Shown: piece by piece, positions 10,389 through 19,664 of the stretch
How positions within the stretch are numbered: the stretch's first letter is position 1
Layout: each line of letters opens with the position of its first letter
Source of the DNA: an uncultured Pseudomonadales bacterium
GTDB taxonomy: Bacteria > Patescibacteriota > Microgenomatia > UBA1400 > Chazhemtobacteraceae
NCBI GenBank assembly: GCA_964618725.1
Contig: CAZUBK010000003.1
Span: forward strand, 81,018 to 145,017
Reading direction: 5' to 3'
DNA: 64,000 bases
Made by a program: the position numbers and the translations under genes
The notes under the pieces: generated by a model
Seen by the model: the letters and a program-made list of their open reading frames with translations, nothing else
The model's database searches: none
What the model was told of the DNA's origin: nothing

Positions 10389-10901
10389 ATGCTCTTTGTT
10401 GTTCTAGGATTTTTCGCTGGCATACCTCTCGCCCTATATCTATTCCGCACCAGCAATCGTCAATTTAATACAGGTGGCGGTTGGCTTACCTCACTAATGA
10501 TTGGTAGTATGTTCGCCGCCCTCGGCATAATTCCTGCCATGATTATTGGTGAATTTCTTCCTCTCGAATACCGACTTGATCAAAGCTACGAACTCTATAG
10601 CCTCCGTCAAGGAGATACTCTCGGCGGTCAATTCTTCCTCGGCTCGGGTTCCATTTCTGGACAGGAAATGTATTACTACAATATTGCTCACCCCGATGGC
10701 AGTTACTCGCCCGAGGAGCTGTCTACCAATAATTACATCCGCGTCCACGAGGAAGACCGTTCTGATGGCCGACTCGACGTCTATCGCACACACCTCATCA
10801 ACAACAACTTTATTTGGCTTGGTCTACCTCCTGATACCAGATACCAGTACCACTTTTATATCCCCAATGGTTCCCTAGAGCGAAACTACATTCTCCACTG
10901 A
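10389..10901 (+). CDS. Hypothetical membrane protein.
   Basis: The N-terminus has two TM helices. A strong RBS (AGGAGGA) lies about 8 nt upstream of the ATG. Confidence 0.55.
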   Translation: MLFVVLGFFAGIPLALYLFRTSNRQFNTGGGWLTSLMIGSMFAALGIIPAMIIGEFLPLEYRLDQSYELYSLRQGDTLGGQFFLGSGSISGQEMYYYNIAHPDGSYSPEELSTNNYIRVHEEDRSDGRLDVYRTHLINNNFIWLGLPPDTRYQYHFYIPNGSLERNYILH

Positions 10902-10939
10902 TTTCCCCAGAGGAAGGCATCCACCTTCCTCTTTTTCCT

Positions 10940-11713
10940 TCACAAAATCTTTTTCCCTTCTAACACTGGCTTACATTTCCCCGCCTTTATCAAATCGGGA
11001 ATGCTCAACACCTCCCCCTCCGACAAAGTCACCCTTGTCGCCATCCTCCCCACCAATTCCGCCTTATGAGCATCCGAATTGCCTACCATAGGCAAACTCA
11101 ATCGCCTCGCCAATCCAATTCTCTTTCCTGCCAACAGTCTCGCCGCCTCATTCATGGTATTACTCTTATCCAACATCTCTGTTGCATTACCCACTTCTAC
11201 TGCATGGATCAAATCTCTGTATTTCTCGATTTCACCAAAGCTTAGTGAGGTCATCCCAAACCCCGGCTGCGGATGTGCCGCAATTACCAGAGCCTCCGGG
11301 TATCCATTTACAAAATCCAAAAACGCCGACAAGGACGGTCTAACCGGATAAGGAAAGTGTCTTAAATACGAAACCAGCGGATCATAAGGAACATTAATCG
11401 CTAACACATGAGCCAAATGGACGAACGGCTTCCTGCTTGTCCTCGCGTATGTCGTCACCTCCGCTCCTGTCAATAATTGTATCTGATAGCCCTCAGCCAA
11501 AATACATGCCCGTGGATACGCACCGACGTTATCATGATCCGTTATCGCCAAACAGGCCAACCCACGCCTGGCCGCCATCTCAAATATTTTTTCTAGATAC
11601 GCACCACTATCAATGCTCAAATACGAGTGGATATGCAAATCCGCCAAGTAGTGCAATTCATGATTCACTACTTTCAATTTACCACTTTGTCTGACAAAAT
11701 CGTCCCAATTCAC
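10940..11713 (-). CDS. PHP-domain metal-dependent phosphoesterase.
   Basis: The sequence contains LADLHIHSYLSIDS and LACLAITDHDNV, the His-rich motifs typical of the PHP family. Confidence 0.8.
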   Translation of the reverse strand: MNWDDFVRQSGKLKVVNHELHYLADLHIHSYLSIDSGAYLEKIFEMAARRGLACLAITDHDNVGAYPRACILAEGYQIQLLTGAEVTTYARTSRKPFVHLAHVLAINVPYDPLVSYLRHFPYPVRPSLSAFLDFVNGYPEALVIAAHPQPGFGMTSLSFGEIEKYRDLIHAVEVGNATEMLDKSNTMNEAARLLAGKRIGLARRLSLPMVGNSDAHKAELVGRMATRVTLSEGEVLSIPDLIKAGKCKPVLEGKKIL

Positions 11714-11723
11714 AAAACTTCAC

Positions 11724-12692
11724 CTACTTAATTACTCCCCTCACTGCCTCAATAATTGCCTCTTTTGTCATTCCATATTTCCTCACAATCTCCTCCGGTT
11801 GCCCACTCTCCCCAAACACCCCCTTCATTCCCACAAATCTGCATCTCACCGGACACTCTTCCGTCAACACCTCGGCTACGCTACTCCCCAATCCCCCTAT
11901 TACCTGATGTTCTTCGGCTACAACAATCCGTTTGCACTTCTGCGCCACCCGAACAATTTCTTCTCTATCAACCGGCTTAATTGTGTGGATATTCACCACC
12001 TCACACTCTATCCTCGGAAAAAGCTCTTTCGCCGCCATCAACGCCTCATACACCATCGAGCCTGAGGCGATGATTCCTACATCCCTCCCTTTCCGCAGCA
12101 ACTGTGCCTTACCCAACTCAAACGGCGTCATGTGTGTCGTGATGACTGCTCGAGCCGGCTTCGTCATCCGCATGTATACCGGCCCCACTTGTTCACTTAT
12201 CGCCACCACCGCCTTCTTTATCTGCTCATAATCACACGGGACCACCACCATCAAGTTGGGTAATGCCCGCACCATCGCAATATCTTCAAACATTTGCTGA
12301 TTGGCTCCATCAACTCCATTCCCCACTCCCGCATGTCCTCCAATAATCTTCACATTAGCTTTGCTCAAACAGACCGCTGCCCTTAGTTGATCAAAGTTTC
12401 TTCCCGGACTAAAGCAGGCAAGAGAGTTCACAAATGGGATCTTGCCCGACAACGCCATCCCGGCCGCCACTCCCATCATATTTTGTTCCGCGATCCCCAT
12501 CTCAATACACCGGGCAGGGAACTCTTCACAAAAGTCAACAACCCGCAGACTTTCCTTGAGATCTGCCACTAACACTACTACCTCCGGATTGTTCTTCCCT
12601 AATTCTAAAAGCGTTTCACCATATCCATCTCTCATCGACTTCTTTTCTGTCTTCGTCAAATCTTCTACTAAATGCATCTGAGGATTAATCAT
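11724..12692 (-). CDS. Transketolase, C-terminal (pyrimidine-binding) subunit.
   Basis: The sequence contains EMGIAEQNMMGVAAGMALSGKIPF. The length, about 320 aa, is typical of a split transketolase subunit B. Confidence 0.9.
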   Translation of the reverse strand: MINPQMHLVEDLTKTEKKSMRDGYGETLLELGKNNPEVVVLVADLKESLRVVDFCEEFPARCIEMGIAEQNMMGVAAGMALSGKIPFVNSLACFSPGRNFDQLRAAVCLSKANVKIIGGHAGVGNGVDGANQQMFEDIAMVRALPNLMVVVPCDYEQIKKAVVAISEQVGPVYMRMTKPARAVITTHMTPFELGKAQLLRKGRDVGIIASGSMVYEALMAAKELFPRIECEVVNIHTIKPVDREEIVRVAQKCKRIVVAEEHQVIGGLGSSVAEVLTEECPVRCRFVGMKGVFGESGQPEEIVRKYGMTKEAIIEAVRGVIK

Positions 12693-12699
12693 CAGCTTA

Positions 12700-12732
12700 A
12701 TTAAAACAGAAAACCCGGCTAGAAAGCCGGGT
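12700..12732 (-). terminator. Rho-independent terminator downstream of rpsP, on the minus strand.
   Basis: There is a cccggct-agaa-agccggg hairpin. On the minus strand it is followed by TTTTCTGTTTT. Confidence 0.5.
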
Positions 12733-12743
12733 GACCAAACAAC

Positions 12744-13049
12744 CTACTCAAACGAATAATCCATCTGCTGCATCTGGCGCTTGAACTTGCGTGCCTTGCG
12801 CCGGCGCTCATGGCGAGCAACCTTAAAACGAGTCTCGATCGTAAACCCCCGATGATGAGAGTAGATCTCAATCTTCCGATGGGTCGGAATATCCGCCCAT
12901 TCCCCTTCACGGATTTCCCAGGCAATCGGGGAAAATACAGGAACAGTGATGTCCTGTCGGTGTTCCACCTTAGCGGCTGCCCATTCACGACGAAGTCCCA
13001 CGTGCTTGATCTGACGACTAAGCCGAACACGCGTGGAAGGATATGCCAT
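12744..13049 (-). CDS. rpsP: 30S ribosomal protein S16.
   Basis: MAYPSTRVRLSRQ...VPVFSPIA aligns with the S16 consensus (VTIRLAR...GFFNPIA). The likely start is an internal Met of the listed ORF 12744..13109. A basic C-terminal tail is present. Confidence 0.75.
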   Translation of the reverse strand: MAYPSTRVRLSRQIKHVGLRREWAAAKVEHRQDITVPVFSPIAWEIREGEWADIPTHRKIEIYSHHRGFTIETRFKVARHERRRKARKFKRQMQQMDYSFE

Positions 13050-13120
13050 GATTTCTCCTTTTTGCGTTCGATCTACCCTGATATTATCAAATTCAGATCC
13101 TCCTGTCAAGTGTTATAAGA

Positions 13121-13975
13121 CTAGTCATTTGATATTCTCCCTCCCAAGGTCCTTATATGCTTAATATCCGCCAGTGCCTCCACCGCTTCTCCCACACTCG
13201 GCGCCTTCCCATGCCACTCCGGCTCCCCTTCCATAAACTCAACTCCCTTGCCCGGAATTGTGTGCAATACTATCGCCGTCGTCTTCTCATATACAGCCTT
13301 AGCTTTGTTTAAGGCATCAAGTATCTCTTCAATATTGTGTCCATCTACCTCAATTACATTCAAGTTAAACGCCTCCAATTTCCGTCTCAAGGACTCAAGC
13401 GGCATCACTTCCTCCGTATGTCCATCAATCTGGATATTGTTTCTGTCGATCACAATCGTCAGATTGTTTAATCTCTCTTTCCCAAGAAACATGTATGCTT
13501 CCCAACACTGCCCCTCATCTTGCTCCCCGTCTCCCATAAAACAAATTGTCCGCCACTTTCTTCCATCCATCCTCGCCGTCAATGCCATTCCAACTGCTTG
13601 TGAGATCCCCTGTCCCAATGGTCCCGAAGTATTCTCTATTCCCGGTAGCCCCCTCGCCACCGGATGCCCCTGCATTCGACTGTTGATCTGCCTCAAGCTC
13701 TCTAGTTCTGTCTTGGGGAAAAAACCCGCCTCTGCTAAACAAGCATATTGTACTGGACAGTAATGCCCCGCTGACAACACCACCCTATCTCTCTCTTCAT
13801 TCCAAGGATCCAACACATCGTATCTAATGACATCTCCAAAGTACAAAGCTGAAAAGAAATCAGCTGAGCCCAATGGCCCCGCCGCATGTCCCGTCCCCGC
13901 ATTCACCAAAGTTTTAATTACCGTCCCCCTTATCTCATTCGCCTTCTCCTGGAGCTGATCAATCGTATATTTCAC
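13121..13975 (-). CDS. Transketolase, N-terminal (thiamine-diphosphate-binding) subunit.
   Basis: The sequence contains GHAAGPLGSADFFSALYF, GDGEQDEGQCWEA and GLPGIENTSGPLGQG. Confidence 0.9.
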   Translation of the reverse strand: MKYTIDQLQEKANEIRGTVIKTLVNAGTGHAAGPLGSADFFSALYFGDVIRYDVLDPWNEERDRVVLSAGHYCPVQYACLAEAGFFPKTELESLRQINSRMQGHPVARGLPGIENTSGPLGQGISQAVGMALTARMDGRKWRTICFMGDGEQDEGQCWEAYMFLGKERLNNLTIVIDRNNIQIDGHTEEVMPLESLRRKLEAFNLNVIEVDGHNIEEILDALNKAKAVYEKTTAIVLHTIPGKGVEFMEGEPEWHGKAPSVGEAVEALADIKHIRTLGGRISND

Positions 13976-14026
13976 CCTTCTAGTTTAACAAGAAAAGCCA
14001 GGTCTCTTCGATCTGGCTTCTTTCCA

Positions 14027-14383
14027 TCATTCTCCAACCAAAGTATCCGATATCTGCTTTAACTCCACCAAAGTCGTTTCCCGCTCAAAAAACCTTTTTT
14101 CCCGCTTGAAGCATCCATTTACTTTAGTCAATACTGTTCTAGATACCTTTACTGCTATCTTCCCTTCCAAATTCACAAACTCAAGCAAGGCGCTCTCACC
14201 GTATACAGTTGCGTCTAACTTGGCCCGCTTCTTAGTCAGTAGCGGCAAGACCACTTTCATCAAGAAATCCCGCTTCTCATCCTCCGTAAAAAAAATCATT
14301 ACCAGGTTCTCCTCATCCAGTTTAATCGATAAATATCGTGCATCCTCAATCCCAATGACTGTAACTAGTAGTTTCTCATCCAA
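14027..14383 (-). CDS. Hypothetical protein.
   Basis: This is an ORF on the same strand as its neighbours. I recognised no motif. Confidence 0.45.
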   Translation of the reverse strand: MDEKLLVTVIGIEDARYLSIKLDEENLVMIFFTEDEKRDFLMKVVLPLLTKKRAKLDATVYGESALLEFVNLEGKIAVKVSRTVLTKVNGCFKREKRFFERETTLVELKQISDTLVGE

Positions 14384-14416
14384 CTTGCGTCCTCCTTCTC
14401 AAGGTACATGGGTATT

Positions 14417-15127
14417 TTACCCCAACAAAAACCGTATTCCAATCACCAAAAGTCCTACCAACACTATTTTCTTAAACATCTCAACTGACACTTTTCTCAC
14501 AATCAGTTGTCCTAACCACACTCCTATTCCCGTCAACAAAATAAGTAACCATAAATATCCTTTGTAATCTTCGGGCAAAAACCCTTCGTTTAGATATACT
14601 GGTATCCTTACCAGATCCACTACTAAGGCAATCACCGCCATTGTCACTACGTATCTTTCTTTTACCAATCCATAAGCTGACAAGAACGCTCCCCGAAGGG
14701 CTCCACCCGTACCAATTAGTCCAGCCAAGAAACCAGACAGACTTCCCCCCAGAACCAAACTACCAACTTTTAATTTGATTCTTACCCCTTTCCTCAACAG
14801 ATTCCACCCTCCATATACAATCAGGAACACTCCCAGTATCTTCTTCAATAACTCTACATCGATAACTTTCACCATTTCTGCTCCAATAAAGCTTCCCATC
14901 ACGCTCGGCATACCAAAAATCAATAGTACCCTCCAATCAATACTTTTCCCGAACCAGCCCAACTTAAACAAGTTTCCCAAAATATGAACAATCGCTACCA
15001 ACACCAAGGCCAATCGAAAGTCAAAAAAGAATAACGCCACCGGTAATAGTATCGTTGACGAACCAAAACCCGCCACCGTTCCAACCACTTCAGCCAGTAG
15101 CACAAACAACAGAAACCAGAAATCCAT
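14417..15127 (-). CDS. TauE/SafE-family (sulfite exporter-like) membrane permease.
   Basis: The protein is polytopic. The Gly-rich TM repeats GTVAGFGSSTILLPV and GTGGALRGAFL are present. Confidence 0.75.
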   Translation of the reverse strand: MDFWFLLFVLLAEVVGTVAGFGSSTILLPVALFFFDFRLALVLVAIVHILGNLFKLGWFGKSIDWRVLLIFGMPSVMGSFIGAEMVKVIDVELLKKILGVFLIVYGGWNLLRKGVRIKLKVGSLVLGGSLSGFLAGLIGTGGALRGAFLSAYGLVKERYVVTMAVIALVVDLVRIPVYLNEGFLPEDYKGYLWLLILLTGIGVWLGQLIVRKVSVEMFKKIVLVGLLVIGIRFLLG

Positions 15128-15154
15128 ATCTCAATCTAGCATAATTGGGTCTCC

Positions 15155-15799
15155 TCAATTCATAAACGACTTCTCCAGATCCTGCCCACTTCCCGTCTGC
15201 AATCCTGATCCATGATCGCCGCGTAACATCTCTGTCTCGTAACTCCAAAGTGCCTCTAAGGCTCTTTCCGGAGTATTTACTATTCTATATACCCGCAACT
15301 CCTCCGGTCTCAGTTTCATTCCCGCCGCAAACGACTCCAAAATTGCGTGCCAGAAATCACCGTACAAGATCAAGGGTTTATGATGTCCGTAATACAACCT
15401 CGCCAAACCCCAGGCCATACCAAACTCAGAGATTGTCCCCGTTCCCCCATTAAAGATCATATATGCATTTCCCAGTTCCAATAGCTTCATCGTCCGATCT
15501 AAATAGTTATTCATAATCACTTCCTTGTCCGCTTTGTTAAGCGGATCTTTCCCTTCAAAATTCTCCATATGCTTGGGATAAAAGGTCGCCACATATGCCT
15601 TACCGTCTCCCTCATGCGCTCCCTCCGTTGCCGCCCGCATTATCCCCGGTCCCCCTCCATTAACCACCACTATGCCGTGTTCTGCCAAAACCCTCGCCGT
15701 CTCTTTGGCTGATTCGTACAGCTCATCTCCCATTTGAGCATCGGCAAAACCCAAAAATGATACCGCCTTAATTTTCTGGAACTTGCCCTTAATGTCCAT
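15155..15799 (-). CDS. LOG-family protein (Rossmann-fold nucleotide-binding; cytokinin riboside 5'-monophosphate phosphoribohydrolase-like).
   Basis: The motifs GGGPGIM and NGGTGTISE are present. Confidence 0.8.
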   Translation of the reverse strand: MDIKGKFQKIKAVSFLGFADAQMGDELYESAKETARVLAEHGIVVVNGGGPGIMRAATEGAHEGDGKAYVATFYPKHMENFEGKDPLNKADKEVIMNNYLDRTMKLLELGNAYMIFNGGTGTISEFGMAWGLARLYYGHHKPLILYGDFWHAILESFAAGMKLRPEELRVYRIVNTPERALEALWSYETEMLRGDHGSGLQTGSGQDLEKSFMN

Positions 15800-15800
15800 A

Positions 15801-16484
15801 CTATGCTTCTAAATATCTTAACTTTCTAAGCTTCTCTTCTAGGTTCTCTGCGTTAAGCAAATGCATCCCCACGGCAAACTCAATATCTAATAGATTCTCG
15901 TGTAACTCATCTTCCCGTATCTCCTCGGCCCATTCCGCCGCCACACATGCCTTCATTTCTGACACATCTAGTCCCCCATCAATACAAATCAAAATATCCT
16001 TTCGTAGTTTTCTCACTTCCTCAATTTTAGGTAACACTGCCTCACTAAATACTCCTCCGGTTTCTCCCACTTTCGCCGACATTAATAGCACAGCATTTAG
16101 ATCCTCAATTACTCCCGGCGCAATCCGTGAAACCGGTGTCTCTAAGTCCAGAGCCAAACCCACTCCGAAGCCTTTAACCTGAGCCTCAGCAATAAACAAG
16201 ATCTGATCCTCCATTTTTTCTATATGCCCAAACACCCGCTCCGCCCCAATTGCTCGGCATTGTTCCAACCACTCAATCGGTTCATCCACCATCAACTGCA
16301 CATCCAACTTAACTCCTCCAAAAGAAAATCCCACCAAATCCTGAGGGAATATTGTCTTATTTGCGGCAAACACGCCATCGACTACATCTAGTTGTACTCT
16401 CTCCACCAACTCCTTGACTTGGTCAAACTTTTCTTCCCATTCTTTCAAGTCTTTGGCCAGAATAGCCGGAATAACGTTTACCAT
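15801..16484 (-). CDS. rpe: Probable ribulose-phosphate 3-epimerase.
   Basis: A length of about 227 aa and the segments VIPAILAKDL, DVVDGVF and DVQLMVDEP resemble the Rpe TIM-barrel motifs. Confidence 0.6.
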   Translation of the reverse strand: MVNVIPAILAKDLKEWEEKFDQVKELVERVQLDVVDGVFAANKTIFPQDLVGFSFGGVKLDVQLMVDEPIEWLEQCRAIGAERVFGHIEKMEDQILFIAEAQVKGFGVGLALDLETPVSRIAPGVIEDLNAVLLMSAKVGETGGVFSEAVLPKIEEVRKLRKDILICIDGGLDVSEMKACVAAEWAEEIREDELHENLLDIEFAVGMHLLNAENLEEKLRKLRYLEA

Positions 16485-16511
16485 GACTTCAATAGTAACA
16501 CGGATCTGAGC

Positions 16512-16931
16512 TTATATCTCCAATTCTTTCAAGGATACACAATGTTTCTTAACTTTTAGCAAAGCCTTATCCTCGGTAATTAATCTGGCACGTTTCTTTA
16601 TAGCCAATAAAAGGTAATTCGCATCATAAGCCGTCAAGTCATATTTGAACATCAATTTGTTCAGCTTATACACCTCATTTGTTTCTAACTCGATGAATTG
16701 AAGCCCACTTTTCAACAGTTTCTTCATCGCCATATCAATTTCAACCATCGAGAACTTTTTTCCATTTTTTAAAGTATTTACCATCTCTATAACCAATAGT
16801 TTTGGCGAAAACGCCCTAACCTTCTGACCTCTTACCGCCACGTACAATCGCTTAACCTCTTCACTCCAGCTTTCAGTGACATCAAAAAGTTTTATTAACG
16901 CACTGCTGTCAATCACGACTTTATTTTCCAT
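16512..16931 (-). CDS. vapC: PIN-domain toxin (VapC-like).
   Basis: The N-terminal VVIDSSALIKLF motif carries the acidic PIN residue. Its start overlaps the upstream antitoxin stop by 11 bp. Confidence 0.75.
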   Translation of the reverse strand: MENKVVIDSSALIKLFDVTESWSEEVKRLYVAVRGQKVRAFSPKLLVIEMVNTLKNGKKFSMVEIDMAMKKLLKSGLQFIELETNEVYKLNKLMFKYDLTAYDANYLLLAIKKRARLITEDKALLKVKKHCVSLKELEI

Positions 16932-17172
16932 ATCGAGAATCCCTCATCTGCCTAATAAATTTGGTTGTATCTATTTGCTTTCCCTTCTTTGCCAGTTTAC
17001 GGAAAAAAGCCAGATCTTCTTCAGCAGAGGTCTCATCTTCTTTTCCTTGTAGATCAAACTTCTCCATTATCAATCTAGACAAACTCTTCCTTTCTCTTAA
17101 CGATTGCCATCTTAATTGTTCGTGAAAGTCTTGAGGAAAGCTAACTGTAGTTCTAACCATTTGTGTCTGCAT
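16921..17172 (-). CDS. vapB: Ribbon-helix-helix antitoxin (VapB/CopG-like).
   Basis: An 83-aa ORF sits immediately upstream of the PIN gene and overlaps it. The N-terminal TTVSFPQDFHEQL segment is RHH-like. Confidence 0.65.
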   Translation of the reverse strand: MQTQMVRTTVSFPQDFHEQLRWQSLRERKSLSRLIMEKFDLQGKEDETSAEEDLAFFRKLAKKGKQIDTTKFIRQMRDSRYGK

Positions 17173-17287
17173 ACTTGCATCATAGCATCATTGCATCACT
17201 TGTCAAGATCCCAACTGTACTTCTCCCACCTATCATTACAACTGTGTTAAGATCTCTCAACGCTCTTTCAAAACAGGAAGAAAATAA

Positions 17288-17809
17288 ATGTCCGTTCTGC
17301 CCCAATCTCGACCACTTGATACCCAAGAATTATTTGCCATCGCAAGATGCACTTATACCCTCACCTTCGACAAAAACAGCGGTGAATTTGTCATGTCGTT
17401 TCCTCGTGACCAAGGACACGGCAGCTACACTCGTCGTTTACCCGGACCATTTACCCTTGAGTGGCACTCCGTCGGAAACGTCATGCTGCCCTATCTTGGT
17501 TTCCCTCCAATCACCGACGGTGGTGATAGTGAATTAGAAAAGAGAGAAATGGTTCATCTCATCAATAAATCACTATTACTCATCTTTCCGTCCATCCCCA
17601 TGGATGAGCAAATGAAAGAAACGCTACTTTTTAAGACAATTCGTCAACAACGCCTCTCTTTAGAGACGGAAAGAATCACGCTCAAGAAAAGCTACCAAGA
17701 ACGTCTCAACCAGATCGACCAAGAACTACAAACACTACAGTCCAATTGTCCTCATCTTAATGTTGTTAGCTGGGGAACCTGCGAAGACTGTGGTCTGATG
17801 GACCCGTAA
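17288..17809 (+). CDS. Hypothetical protein with a C-terminal coiled-coil and a CxxC...CxxC end.
   Basis: The ORF is followed by a clear terminator. It ends in SNCPHLNVVSWGTCEDCG. Confidence 0.5.
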   Translation: MSVLPQSRPLDTQELFAIARCTYTLTFDKNSGEFVMSFPRDQGHGSYTRRLPGPFTLEWHSVGNVMLPYLGFPPITDGGDSELEKREMVHLINKSLLLIFPSIPMDEQMKETLLFKTIRQQRLSLETERITLKKSYQERLNQIDQELQTLQSNCPHLNVVSWGTCEDCGLMDP

Positions 17810-17823
17810 TCACAATCTGGCTC

Positions 17824-17857
17824 ACGTTTCAACGTGAGCCTTTTCTTTAACAACACC
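17824..17857 (+). terminator. Rho-independent terminator.
   Basis: There is a ggctcacgtt-tcaa-cgtgagcc hairpin. It is followed by ttttcttt. Confidence 0.6.
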
Positions 17858-18368
17858 CATCTCCATATCCCCCTCCACCACAACAGCCACCGCCGCATCC
17901 ACCACTATCACCAATCATTCCCATTTTAGCCACCCGTCGTTGATATCTTGTTTCATTACTAAAGTCTGTTTTCACAAATACTTCAATTAATTCTTTAGCT
18001 TTCTCTAAATCAATATAATCGGCCGGCAATGCCAGACAATTTATATTATCGTCCCTTCTCGCTCTCTCTATCTGTTTTTCGTCAAATCCAAGAGCACAAC
18101 GTGTTCCTGTATATCGATTGGCAGCGATACTGACCCCCACCCCGTTTCGACACAAAAGTATTCCTCTTGCCTCTAAGTCCCCCAACAATCCGTCCACAAC
18201 ATCCAAAGAATAATCAACAAAGTCATCCCCTTCTATCAATCTCTCTGCTCCCACATCTACCACTTCATGTCCTTTTCCCAATAACCACGTCTTTAACTCC
18301 TCTTTCATTTTGTACCCACCATGATCTGCACCAAGATAAATCTTCACCCTTCTATTGTAACAAAACAT
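17847..18368 (-). CDS. rpiB: Ribose-5-phosphate isomerase B, with an unusual Cys/Gly-rich C-terminal tail.
   Basis: The N-terminus KIYLGADHGGYKMKEEL matches RpiB/LacAB. The tail reads GDSGGCGGGCCGGGGYGDGCC. Confidence 0.85.
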   Translation of the reverse strand: MFCYNRRVKIYLGADHGGYKMKEELKTWLLGKGHEVVDVGAERLIEGDDFVDYSLDVVDGLLGDLEARGILLCRNGVGVSIAANRYTGTRCALGFDEKQIERARRDDNINCLALPADYIDLEKAKELIEVFVKTDFSNETRYQRRVAKMGMIGDSGGCGGGCCGGGGYGDGCC

Positions 18369-18425
18369 TCCTAGTACCCATAGTGTATAATATCTCTATC
18401 GCACTCATAACAGGAGAGATCAGTA

Positions 18426-18560
18426 ATGAGTAACAAACAAATCTACACCCTCACGACTGTACTTCTTGGTCTCATCGTCGTTTTCACTGGCTTCCCGCTT
18501 ATTGGTGTCATCATCTTTCTTTCCTGGCTTATCATCATCCCATTCATCCTCGGCAAACCA
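18426..18560 (+). CDS. Small (44 aa) hydrophobic protein, low confidence.
   Basis: An RBS (aggagag) precedes an ATG-initiated ORF, MSNKQIYTLTTVLLGLIVVFTGFPLIGVIIFLSWLIIIPFILGKPD. It is followed by a hairpin plus T-rich terminator. It falls below the size cutoff of the ORF track. Confidence 0.35.
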
Positions 18561-18576
18561 GACTAAATCGTTCAAC

Positions 18577-18610
18577 CAACCGGAATTATATTCCGGTTTT
18601 ACTTTATTTC
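18577..18610 (+). terminator. Rho-independent terminator (palindromic hairpin).
   Basis: There is an aaccggaat-tata-ttccggtt hairpin. On the plus strand it is followed by ttactttatttc. Confidence 0.5.
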
Positions 18611-19531
18611 TTCTATCACTTTCCTGACTACACTCGCCGCTTCCCTTAGACCCTCTTCTTCCTTAGCCGACAAGTCTACCTCAAGTATTTCCTCGACTCC
18701 TCCTCGTCCCAACTTACACGGCACCGATAGCGCCACCCCCTCCTGTCCCCGATATCCATCTAAGGGTACCGACAAAGGCAAAATCACTTTCTCGTCATTC
18801 GCAATCGCCTCTACAATCCGACTAATCACCATTCCAATCGCCCACCAAGTCGCCCCTTTTGCCTCAATGATTTTTCCCGCCGCATCTTTTGCTTTCTCAT
18901 ATGTCTCCTCCACCAATACCTTTTCTACTCCTGGATATGCTAATAGTTTCTGCCCTCCAATTGCTGCATTCTCATAAACCGGGAAGGAATGATCCCCGTG
19001 TTCTCCCAAAACGTATGCGTGAACATTATGTGGATCCACCTCCAATTCTCCTGCTAAATAATGTCTAAAACGCATTGTATCCAGCATCGTTCCCGAACCA
19101 AACACCCTACCTTGCTTCACCCCTTCTATCTCGTTTGCCTTGTAGACCAAAACATCAACCGGATTCGTCACAATCAAAATGACTGCCTCTCCCACCACTG
19201 CTAAAATCTTTGGCATTATCTCCTCAATTATTCTCGTGTTCTCTCGTGCCAAATCTAACCGACTCTGTCCCGGCTGTTGAGCTGCTCCAGCAGCCACCAC
19301 CACTACGTCGCTGGCTGCTAAATCCTCCCATTTATTAGTTGCTACAATCCTCGCTTTCGACATCAGTGGTTGTGCCTCATCCAGATCCATCTTTTCTCCC
19401 TCCACTTTCTCTATCTCCCTTCCCCATAAAATCATCTCCGTCACCACTCCCTTCATCAACATCGCAAATACTGCCGCCATCCCTACTCTGCCACACCCCA
19501 CCATCGCCACCTTAAACTTATTATCTTGCAT
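18599..19531 (-). CDS. L-lactate/malate dehydrogenase family.
   Basis: The NAD-binding motif KVAMVGCGRVGMAAVF is present. A catalytic-region GEHGDHSFPV motif is present. Confidence 0.85.
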   Translation of the reverse strand: MQDNKFKVAMVGCGRVGMAAVFAMLMKGVVTEMILWGREIEKVEGEKMDLDEAQPLMSKARIVATNKWEDLAASDVVVVAAGAAQQPGQSRLDLARENTRIIEEIMPKILAVVGEAVILIVTNPVDVLVYKANEIEGVKQGRVFGSGTMLDTMRFRHYLAGELEVDPHNVHAYVLGEHGDHSFPVYENAAIGGQKLLAYPGVEKVLVEETYEKAKDAAGKIIEAKGATWWAIGMVISRIVEAIANDEKVILPLSVPLDGYRGQEGVALSVPCKLGRGGVEEILEVDLSAKEEEGLREAASVVRKVIEEIK

Positions 19532-19664
19532 GACTTTAATATATGCCCCCTAATCGATATTTACCAATTTACCTTCCCTGTAATCCAAAATGTACTAACC
19601 CCGCCAAGATTAATCCGGCAATAAACAAAATCAAACTTTTCTTCATACCAATACTCATACTTCT

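Noticed and set aside
11437-13763. Plus-strand ORFs antisense to the PHP, transketolase and rpsP genes. Examples are 11932..12231, 12810..13118 and 13248..13763.
   Set aside because: They are antisense to conserved, motif-bearing genes and have no recognisable features.
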